This document shows positions 42,901-54,900 of a stretch of 64,000 nucleotides of DNA, one piece after another. The notes below the pieces were generated by a model. That model ran no database searches. It saw nothing but the letters and a program-made list of their open reading frames with translations, and was not told the origin of the DNA. Source of the DNA: Aplysia californica (Eukaryota); the NCBI RefSeq assembly GCF_000002075.1, contig NW_004798101.1:62001-126000 (forward strand). Direction: 5' to 3'. Positions within the stretch are counted from its first letter, which is position 1; every line of letters begins with the position of its first letter. The translations under genes and the position numbers were made by a program.

Positions 42901-45900
42901 CTTAAAATCTACCGAATATAATACATCTTCACATGTTTACAAATGAAAAATACATATTTTAAAAACCTACAGCATTTTTTGTGAAGAGAATGTCAATAGT
43001 GGAAATTGCATTGATGGTCATTTTGACTTCCAGCGTCTTGTACTGTCTCTTCTCTCCTGGTTCCACTTCGCGAGTTGGCACCACAGGCTGGTAGTCCGCA
43101 GGGTAGAAAAACTTCCAGATCAGCTCTCTGTGAATATGGAACAGGCGGCAGAACTTAAAGCTAGATTCCCAAATGACTAATTTGTGCAAATGATGTTATA
43201 CCTTCACAGACATTTTTAATTTAGAGGTAACCATGCATATGAAAAGGCGCATAAATCTTATTTAGCAATTCAGCAATGTAGCCAACGATACATTATGCTA
43301 TTGTAATTAAAGTTTGAGTTTGAGAAAAGAGAAGGACATCAGCACAATTAACTTCACATAGTGCTGGGAAAAGGCAAGACAGACAAAAATGTAACAACCG
43401 AGGAAAAGAACTAAAATATGGCCTATCAGTAGCACCCTCTAACCACTCCCATAGCAAAATAATAAAATTGAAGTCCAATATACACATATATATTACATAA
43501 AACACACAAAACAGCCCACTGACCTGAAAATGGCATCAAAGTCAACAAAAGAAAGCAGAAAACAAAATAATTTATTTTCAAATAATTGTCAACAACAACA
43601 AAAAGTGCAAGGCAAATGGCAAAGGGATAGCAGAAGAATGAAGACAAAGTGATCAAGACATCCGTACCAAAGCTTTTAATGACAAACAAAACAAAACAAA
43701 GGAACATGGAAAGGTACAGTTGAGAGAAAACGATGCCGAAGAAAAGGTGGGCAAAGCATGATGTTCATTATATATAGCTAGCATGCTGATCCATGAATTG
43801 GGACGAGACGAAAATCAACAATATGATCGGATAAATAAATTTGACTTTTACTACTATAATTAACACCTGATGAAAAAATATCCACTTCTTCTATAACGCA
43901 GCTTCAGCAGCAACTGCAGAGGCAGAGAGTATTGTAATCACATTTTAATTGCAACAAATTCTCCAGACATAGTCTTTGGACCCAATACACTCTGAGAAAA
44001 ACTTTTCATACTTTTACACTTCAGTCCATTTATCTATACCATCATGCAAAAAGACAGCAGCTTGTATATGAAACAGCTTTCCACAGAATAAAGACCAAGG
44101 TCAACACAGAAATCATTCTACAGGCAGAAAGTCTTAGGTGTCTTAACCAACTTAAAGGCAAAGTGAGGCCATATGTAACTATAGCCTACTTAATTTGAGT
44201 AAAAAACATTTTGGTAAAGTTATGACCTAACCTTTGCCTATCAACCCATGGTCCATAATTGAAGTCAGTGTTTTTCCCACACTTGATGTCGACTCCAACA
44301 CACGGATACGTCCTTCTCACTAAAACCTCTCCATCAGCCATTTGGATCTGTTCAGGTTCATGTTGCACTATACCTGTAGGGTTTTTTTTTTAATGAAAAA
44401 TGAAAGTCATCAAATTATTCAGTTATTTCAAACTAGACAACCAGTTTTCCTTTAAGAGAATTTATCAAGACGCATGTATAGACAGAGGTTATTACCAAAT
44501 TTCACAATATCTTTACCCAAAGTTTCAGTAATCAAAATACAGGTATGTGGCTAGAGCTGGCCAAGGGTCTAACAAGCACTTAAAAACTACAGCAAAATTT
44601 ATACCTCCCAGTACAAGCACAAACATCAGCGTCGAATTAGAGAAGCGCTCTATCATTGGTAGTCAGAGTGATTAAAAAGAATCTTTCCCGCTTCACACAG
44701 ATTCAATCTTTAAAAGAAAATTAAAATGTCTGCCCTATTTCACTGACTATCCCCAGACAGATTCAATATTGATGGGATTCTGAAGTTTCAAAAAAACCTA
44801 AAAGAAGTTTCTGTCACTGCAAGTTGCAATAATTGTACTTTATTTTTCTCAAGTGTACATATTAGTACACACAACAACAACAAAAACTTTTTAACCAAGT
44901 GAAAATATTTTAACAGACATCCTTACAAACCTGGTTCATCTATGTAGAAGTACACATCAACAGAGTTTGACATTAAAACAACAAATCCCTCTCCCATGTA
45001 CCGTGGAGGTCTGAAACAAAGAATAAGACACATAATCAATTTTAAAATGCATCTTCGTGTAAGCACTATTTCAAACCTCATAGCAAATGTGTAATGATAC
45101 AGTTGAACCTTCCCTAACAGCCACCTATATAATACAGTCACATGTACATTCAGCCTCTTCCCCTGTTCCCCCTTGTGTGTGTGTGTGTTTGGTTTTTTTT
45201 ACAATATAATGATACTTTATATTAGTTGGCCACCTGTCTAGGATGTCCACTTTAATCCTCAACAATGGGTGGTCACCTTAGACAATTTCAACTGTACTCT
45301 CTTTTGAGTTTATGGGTTTGGGCCAATTTTCAAGGACAAGAAGGTGGTTGTAGAAAAAAAGAATTCCAATTAATTTTTATGTGGGTCACTGAGTGTAGTG
45401 GTTATGCTCATGTGTGTAGGATGTGTCATTTGCATATGTTGACCTTCTTACTGCGTGTCTATAAATTATAGAAGGAAGATTCTTTAAAAAACCATATGTG
45501 AATCTGATTCTATTTCTAATCAAAATAAAAATGCATTCAATTTTTCAAACTTTGTCTAAAACTTGAGCAATTTTACACCAGTTGCTATGGATGACAGCTA
45601 TACAAGAAGCATGACCTACTAGTTCATATTTTCACGGCTGTTCAGTTCTACCAGAGAGTTTGGTTCTACTATCCTTGCGGAGCACTTAGTTTAACACGTC
45701 CGCTGACCTGCGGGGGTCATAAATCCCACCTGACAGTCGGGCCGCGCATCGCTTCCTGGGCGATAGCGCTGTTAGCCGATTTCGGTTAGAAAGTCTGTAA
45801 TTTTCACTTGATTTAAAACCCTGTAAATGTCCTCTCTTATCTATCACTATGGGTGTGTGAGGTATCAAATGAAAGCTCAGATTCTCCTAAATAACCCGCA

Positions 45901-48900
45901 TCCTTTAGTTTGGTTCTACTTCTAATCGAGAACACACCCTGCCCCTGTACTTAACCCTACCTTGTGATGCACGTATTTCTCGGAATCCTCCAAAATCAGG
46001 ATTTTTTTCCATTCGTGAACTTCAGATTGTAACCAGTTTTTTATCTGCTGTATTAAGAGTCATTGAGGAGGTTATTTGTGAAAAAACTGTTTTGATTGGT
46101 TGGAAAACTTCAGCAGGACGGCGAGTTTTGTTACTTCACCCCGTAATATTTTCCCGGCCGCCGCGCTGCCCAACACGGTATTCACCCTGAGGTCCCGCTT
46201 TCACTTTCTGGGATTCTGTGTCGACACGTGTTACGAGAGTCTGCTACCAGAGTGAAAATGGAACACACGCGGGAACTACACCTTTGAGTGTTTAAAAAAT
46301 TGTGTAGAACGTGCAGGGCCAAAAGTCAAAAGGTTAAGAAGGCAAACTATGAGCAAATACTTTTGTGTAAATTTTAGAGAATGACGTACTCGTTCTCTAT
46401 CATGTGAACGTAGAGTGGGATAGTGCAGACACACATCCTGTACACTGTGCAACAAATGTGTAGGCCTACAGCGCATATACTCCTTAAAAATTTGAGAAGC
46501 AACCCTAGCTGCTGCACAACAACGTATTGAAGAAAATTGACACATATGGACACCTTTCGATCAAAATAAAACAGCAGGTTCTTGCCCTTTGCACACTTCA
46601 AAATAAAGATTGTATTAGAAAAGTACATGAAACACCATCTTGCTCAAAAGACCCACCAGAGCCTCCATCTGTTGAAACACCGACCCATGTAATTGCAGCA
46701 GACAAACAATCACATGAAATACTCAACAAACATCCATAGTAGATCAATCATCACTAGAAATATCTCCAGTAAACTCCCCACACAGATCTAACCCTAGAGA
46801 CCCCAGCCGCGACTTCAACACCCAAACGTACACAGAAAGAGTTCAAAGACAGTTTGAAGACATATCACTAGAGTATGCACTTCGAGACCTATTACACAAC
46901 CATTGTCTCATTTAGAAGAAACACCCGCTACACAAATGATACGCAGAAAACGTTACTCCTCGGCAGAGAAAAGAAAGGTACAGTTGAAATGGATTTGGCC
47001 TAGATCTAGGTGTAATGAGTGAGGAGGGTGGTGAACTTGTTCACTTCAGCATCGCAAAACTGGAGAAGAGGACAGTGGGAATTAAGGGAAAAGGGAAGCA
47101 GTTGAAATCTGTTACTGAAGGGAAAGAAGAAGAAGACAGCTAGCCTTTGAACTCAAAGACACTTTTGCATTTATTGTTATGAGTATTCATATTTGTTTTA
47201 GTGAAAAGTGAAAGCAGCTCTAGCTGTGAGAAGACAATGAGGCAATAACTCCTGTTTCATGAATTGGATAGCAGTGAACTTTCTACATGTTAACTATTTC
47301 TGCTTGAACTGTGAGGAAACAACAAAAAATCTCTCGTTTCATGAGCTGGACAGTAGTAAATCTTCTACAATTTCCACGTTTCTGAACCAATCGAACCAAA
47401 AGTAAGTGTTTCTGAAAGCTCATCATGTCACTGTTGTATACCACTGATTGTCTCATAGATCTGGGGTTCACATTTTAAAATATCGTAATTTTAAAAAGTA
47501 GACCCGCGTAAAAATTTCCATCAAAGTTGCCCTCAATTGCGGCGTGTTTTAAAGGGTGCCCAGCTATGAATATCAATAAAAAGTTATTTACTGTACAGTC
47601 CAAGAATGCCTCTATCTGTTGATAGTATTTTGACTTTGATTTGTCTGTGGGTAAAGCCACGATGACAATATCAAACTGTATAAAAATTGTTAAGTCACAA
47701 CAGTTCACTCGCAGAGCAAAGGTCAAAGTGACCTCGCTGACCACCCAGGCGCGGCATGGATGACCAGGTCAATTACTCAGGAAATTAAGTGCTACGCTCG
47801 GGAACAGTCGTGTTTTAAATGCAAACAAATAGTCACCAAGACATAAATAAATTCTTTGTCTCAAATGACTGGTTTTTTACCTAGATGTCAACATATCAAG
47901 TGGTTACTTATTTTAGACACAAATCGAATTCTTATTTGATCTATTTTCACTATTCTATAAATAGCAACACATATAGCATATTCCTGTTATTGCTAGAGAA
48001 GCCTCCGTTTGGCTCCCAGACATCACTAATTGAGAAATATAGATGTATATTTGTGCTCTGGCTCCATAATTTATTATTTACAGCTTGTAGGTGATCAAGA
48101 CGACACTCAAATAGAGCAATTTGAGCAAAATGCAACTCATTTTAATATATGGAAAAAACATTCTTTTCCCCATTTTTTTTTTTTTTTTTTTTTTTTGGCT
48201 AATTCATCAGAATCAAGTCTGAAACTTTAGGTAGAAGCATTAAATAAACCAGGTAAATTTGACAGAAACATAAGACTTGCAGCCACCCAAAACCATCACA
48301 CACTGTTGCAATCTTACTGTAAAAAATCTGTTGAGAGTGAAGTGGAATAACAAAGAGCAAATAAAATTTTGAGTACGCTAAGATTAATGAGGTGCTCACA
48401 GAGGCAGTAACCTCTTTTTTTATATTTGGGAAGTGTCATAGACTGCACGGGAGGAACAATCTTAGATGTCAAGACCATGATCGGAAAAGCAAAGGAGGGC
48501 ATTTCAACAGTTTTTTTGAAGATCAGGAAGCATTACGACAATTTCAAAGATCAGGATTTTCAATACTGATGTAAAAAGTGCATTGTTATACTGATCAGAT
48601 ACATGAAAAAGTAACAAAATTGATAGCCAACAAATTACAGTTTTTCGTTAATGGTTGCCTGAGGAAGACCATAAAAATTCACACGGGCCAGACCTTATAA
48701 AAAATGCAGCACAATGGAGGAAAACCACACAACAACCAACTGACAGGGAGATCAAGAAAAGAAGACGGAATCCCTAAGAGAGGGGGAAGAGAGCAAGGCC
48801 TAGTTCCACCTGGGAACAAGATCTGGAGGCAGATCTCAGGCATATGGGGCACAGCTGGCTGGAGGTGGAGACAATCACCAAGAACAGAAACAGGTGCAGA

Positions 48901-51900
48901 GCCTTCTTTGGCAGCATATACCCAGTACCGGGGTGAAAGAGGCAGATGATGATAAAACGACACGAAATTTTGTTTCAGGAGACTTTTGCATAGGCATCAT
49001 CTCATCTAAATAAAATATTACAAAGATGAAACCTCTTTTCTCTATTGCTTTAATCTCTTCTCTCATATGTGACAGAGTTCATCTCAGATGTCACATTTTA
49101 ATGGTGATTCAAAAATAAATCATATTCTTTAAAAACTTTCTTTAAAAAAGTTTTTGGGTTTTTTTGGAGACTACATTTGCTATTCCAGTCAACCTTACCA
49201 GTAAAAGCATTATGTAAACAGTAGGCAGCATGAAATAGTGAGATAGAAAATGCACATTCCCTTTTCATGCTTGAAATACCAGACAAAAAATGGCGGTCAG
49301 TATGTGAAGTTAACAAACACAATAATTACCACATTTTTCTAAAGAACAGAATTTAAAAAACCAGAATCATTGAAAAGAAATACAAAGAACTGGCTAAACT
49401 CAGGCGGTTTTGAACTTCCCCTCCACAAAATTAAAACCAATACAAATATAACCACAAGTACTCACTCATCCTGCACTGGTCCGTTATACTTGGGGCTGGG
49501 CACCAGCATGAGGCGCACTGTCTCCATGTTACACTTGACTGTGTGCATGAACAAGTCAAACACTGTGGAGGCCGGCTTGGTGGTGTACACCATATTGGCT
49601 TTGTCAAACTTGAACAGGAAACTGTACGGCATCAAGTAGTTTCCAAATATCACACGGCCCTGAAAGAAGAGAGAGACTATCAGTTTTCAGAAAAGAAACA
49701 CATCCTTTCATTTTAGCCTAAACATACCAATCAGAACAGCTTAAACTATTTTTGACCATCTTTTGATCTTTATCACAAACCAGTCACCTAATGTAAACAA
49801 TAACTTGTTCTTTTATTCTATCTGTCACATCACCTTGCAAAAAAAACGTAAAACTTTTCAGAAATCCAAGTAGTTTGTGTCCTCTTACTAAACTTCTCAG
49901 ACAAATTCATCACTCTCTTTTCTTTTTCTTTCTTAGTAAGGGGGGGGGGGGGGGGTTGCTCTTATTGAGGGCAGAGGGGGGAGGGGGAGTAAATAATCTT
50001 TTTTAAAAACAACTTACAGAAGAAATTTCAATTTTTGTAACAGGAACTAAATCTCTCCAATGAACATCTAACAATCTGGGGAGAGAAAAAAAAACATTCT
50101 TTGATATGATGAAGGTAAAGAGTACAAAACAGTGCATACATATTGTCACATGTCTCATGCAGAAAAAGCCAAGGTAGACAACTTCTCAAAGTTGAAAGTT
50201 TAAAAAATGGTAATCAACACCGCAAGACATCGTGAAAAGAAAGCATTTAGTTCTTTATAAAAGGTCTTTATTATGAGCTTCATCCGAAATCACATTCAGC
50301 ATTACAACATAATTCACTTATAAACTTTGTTTTCTTATATTTAATGTCAGTTTTCAATAAAAAGGAGCGTAAAACACATAAAGCATATTAAAAATAACTT
50401 GTTCAATAAGCAAACAAAATCTATAACCACTTTTAACCAAAACATATCGCTCACAAAGGCACTTGATTATTCCTTGCAGTCCTCCCCTCAATTTCAATAA
50501 AATAAATAAGCCAATAAGTTCAGAACTCTTTTTCTTATTAACAATTAGTTTTCCCATTAAGACATGAAAACAGCACGCGGGCTCTCGTGGCCTAGAGGTT
50601 AAGGTGTTAGCCTCTCGTTCAAAGGTCCCGGGTTCGAATCCGGGTAGCGACCGAAAAATTTTCTTCTCTAAAATTGTCTCCTTTCACCTCCTTTCCTGCT
50701 CTCTAGCAATGTTCTGTTGTCTGCTTTCAATTCCACTTTCTGTCCCCACCCCCTCACCTCCTTTGCCCCCTCCTCTGGGCTCCTGACTCTTTCTGCAGCC
50801 TTTCTACTGCTACTCCTTGGCCCCTCCTTACTGCTGTCTTTCTGCCACACCCCTGAACTTCTGGTAGGAAAGATCTACACCTAGCCTTCTCGGACAAGGG
50901 CGAAAAATCTCGGAGGGCCCGTGTGCAAGTTGCGCACGTTAAAGATCCCTTGGTGGTCTAAAATCGATAAGATAGGCTTCAGCCGCCACCCGGAAAAATT
51001 CAAAATTTCCTACCAACTGAAAATATTAGGTGTGTCCCGCGCGCTCATATGACCTATGCAGTTGCGAGCGCCGTAAAACACTTTACAAAAACAAAAAAAC
51101 AAACGAAAACAGCACACCTGAACATAAATTCTATAATGTCACAGAAACTATGACATTTATTCTCAGCGATAAAGATCCAATTTAAAAGAAAAAAGTGGAC
51201 ATCACTACAGTCTAATCATACATACGAGTTTTTCTTTGTCACAGCAGGCTCTCCTTCTTCTTCCACTTCTTCCTCTTCTTGAGCCATCCCGAACAATTTT
51301 TCTAAGCGTGTATAGACTTGTGACCGATTGTACACATGAAACTCAAAGCCATCTAGAGAAAGATTCATCCTTGTCTTCAAGTGGGACAGATCTGAAACCA
51401 ACCGCAACAATTCTTTTTTCAATACTGCATACAAACATTACTTCATCCTTTCAAATATTTTTTAGGCAATGCAATTCAAACCTACCCACTACAAGTATAC
51501 TTTCATTTATTCCCATCAATAAACAACGAGAGGGTAAGGGGATTCTCAAGCATTAAAATGAGGGCAATTCTTCCAAACCACCATTACAGCTGTTGTGACA
51601 AGTACACATCTGGTCAACATGAAACTTTTAAAAATCAAATTTGAGAGAATGTACGGGTCGTGTACAGTGAAACTCAGATATAACAAGCTGTCAGCCCTAG
51701 CCTTCAATTTCGTTGAATTCAAGTGTTCGTTATAGCAATGTGGGTAATAAGTTGCAGTTTAGTATAGGGTCTAGCATACAGAAAAGTTTGAAGCTACAAA
51801 CAGACATGCAATTCATTATGTAGTTCTATGTTTAAGCAAGCCTATAACTGTTAAGTGGTAGGGGAGGGGGGTATGATTGTGACGCTTCTGGTGACAACTG

Positions 51901-54900
51901 GAATGCCTGTGCCTACATTCCCCCCCCCCCCTTTCCCCTAGACACATGCAGTAACAGCCACAAAATCGTCCATCCAGCCTCTCCCAACCCCGAGACACGT
52001 TAAATATATCATGTCTCGTGCGTGAGTCAACAACGCACGTGTTGGTATGATTGGTTGTATCAGATGTACGCAAAGGTCTAGGCTAAGCATGTAATGATCC
52101 ACAGTGCATGTGCCATCCATGGTTTCTTGGAACACAGTACTGCCATAAGCTGATAAAACACCTTTTTTTTTATTTTGGCGTCAAATTTTTTTTAACCTAA
52201 ATCAAAAGCCTGATCAGTTACCCTATTTATGTCAAAAAAGCAAAGTCAAACTGTGACTGGTTATTATTCAAATTTCGGAATCGCTCTATTTTTAAATGGT
52301 TATGCTGACAAAAAAACTTTTTTCTGAAACTTCTGTGAAAAAAAAGGCATTTTGTTAGCTTACAGCAGAGTAGCCAAGACTTGTTGGAGGAGAAAAATAC
52401 ATGAAGAAACATCTGAAGGGTTTGTTCGCTCCACAAACGACTTCGTTGAAATCAAGTTTGCTCATTTATGTGTTTGCTGAATCCAAGTTATTGTGTTGAT
52501 TTTTAATGAAAGACAAAATTCAGAATCCATCTCCTCCTTTTGAATCTGAGTTCTTTGTATCAGAGTTTACTGTATAACACAAACAGCTAAGCTAGACTAC
52601 CTTGGAGCAGAAGAAAACGCAAAATTTAAAACTGGAAATGCACAATGTTATACAGACAATGTTCCTTGAATTAAAATATCTTTTTACTCACAAGCCAAAA
52701 AAAGTTTGAAAGGGAAGTCTATTTAACTCTTTCCGGACGTATCGCCGATATATCGGAGCGAGTCCACACACCTTGCGGACATATCGCCGATATGTCGGAT
52801 GTGATAGGGTGCCTCAGCATTGTTTCCTTTTAACATGATCCATCACTTATAATTACTTTTTATTGTTATTGAAAACTTGGAAAGGATTTAGGAAACGAAA
52901 ATATCTAGTTTCATTTTGTTAAAATGTTGGTTTGGAGAAAAACGAGAATTAGTTCTTGCGGTCTTGCATCAACAAAGCAATTTAACCAGACTCAGTATAA
53001 ATATCATAACAAAAAAAAAAATTGGAATATTGCTTTCAAATAAAAAGCTGTGCATTCAGAAAGTTATGGATTATGCTCTTGGCCAGTATATGATAAGACA
53101 GCTAAGCTGATTTGCATTCACATGTTTGGTGAAAGTAATTTTTTCCGTCAAAATTTATTTTTCTCATCGCCCTTGCCATTTCTAACCCCTGTAATGCATA
53201 ATGTTCATAATTAATCCTTGTTTCATATTGGAATGTATTCTTAATTCCATTTCCTTCAATTTGATATATCATGTTACGTTTTGAGTGATGGTTATGTCAT
53301 ATAAAGTTATTTTGTACACCACCTGTGTAGCCAAATCAAGCCACAAGTGAATTACGTCTAGACCCCCAAAAAACTACGTCCGAAAAGAGTTAAATTACCA
53401 CTTCACTTAGATGAAATAACATTAAAAGAGCCTTGATGTGTACCTTCAGTAAGCTCTTTGTAGACATAGGGCCGCCACCACCTAAATATAAGCCAGCCAT
53501 ACTCCACCCGCACAGAGAAGTCTTCAGTGATCAGGTGAACATCACGGAACATGACTTTCCCAGACAAAATAGAGAAGGAAAATGACCCTGGGGAAAACAA
53601 AACACTTCATTTATGTGGATCACATCAGAGACAAATCTAAAAAAAAAAAAACCTTCCTTTCTATTCAATACAGTAATGACACAGAGCTAAAGTTGTTGTA
53701 TGTATGAACATTAATCATTCTTCTTGGCCCTTTAATATTTTTTCTTACCAACTTAAAATATCTGAATCCCCATTGTGGACACAAATGCATTATCACAGTC
53801 CTCAGTACCCAGTTTGAAGAACGTCAGAGTACAAAGACACAAAGGCTCCTATAGACAGGCTCTTTGTTAATAAACATGCAGCAAAAGCCAAAATGTGAAG
53901 TAGTTACTTTGTTTCCAAACATTTTTAAATCCCTTCTATCTGTGAAATGATGAAGAGTTTTTAACAGCAATAAACGGGGCTTGCGGATTGTTTCAGAGTC
54001 TCCAGGATTTCTTTCTTTTTCTTGTTGACACTTAAGTTTTGTTTATAAACTATATAGCTTTATTTATAAATGTAAGGACTTTAAAATTTCACACAAATGG
54101 CAGACAGAAAAAACTATGAAACTTGCAATTATTTTTGTTATTAAAAACTTTAATTTCAAAGTTTGATATTCTCAAAAAAGCATTTAGTTAATTTGCAAGT
54201 TTTTTTCACACACCATATTTTTTTTAATTCACCAGTCAAAAATTTGGAAAACTGAAACAGGTTGTGTTTTGATATTACTACAAACAACTGGCAGCTTAGA
54301 CAGCTGGTATTCATAATATGTATCATGACGCTGTGGAATCTGGTGCTCGTCAATTTTTGGGCATGTGGAGTAATTGGTATCATCTTAAACCTTGATGATC
54401 CTTTTAAAAAATTTGACAGGTCCCAACTTTGAAGCCCCCCCCCCCCCAGAAGAACAAAAATCAATAAAGTAAGGTTTAAAACATCTAGCTCTTTACAATA
54501 TCTTAGATAAGAAAAATTAGAAAAGGCGTAATTAAAGTAGTCACTATACTTTCAAAGTGATCTTTTACAATAAAATTTCTGTTATTGTTACTACTCATAT
54601 TTCTGAAACAGACTTTGTTCCCATGACAACAAGTAGTTACATGTGTTTAAGTGACCAATGAAACATCATTTTTTTTACACTAGAGTCGAACCCGTGTAAG
54701 ACAGCCACCCAATGTAAAGGAGAAAAGTGGCTGCCCTTGACAAGTGGCCATCATGGTAGGTTCGACTGTAATCTATTTACTATAACAATCTATGTAACAC
54801 TTTTTCACTGGTTAAAAAAGAAATAGGCCAAGCACCAATCCCCTTTCAGAATTGATAAAGCACTAGCACACATTCAAAAGTGAGGCTCTAACCACAGACT

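Noticed and set aside
50577-50650. tRNA gene (also 39600-39670)
   Set aside because: These are SINE heads continuing into body, tail and TSD, and no proper acceptor stem was seen.
50668-50850. Charged minus-strand ORF as an extra BLTP1 exon
   Set aside because: It lies inside the SINE's pyrimidine-rich spacer, and exons 4, 5 and 6 already join in phase.
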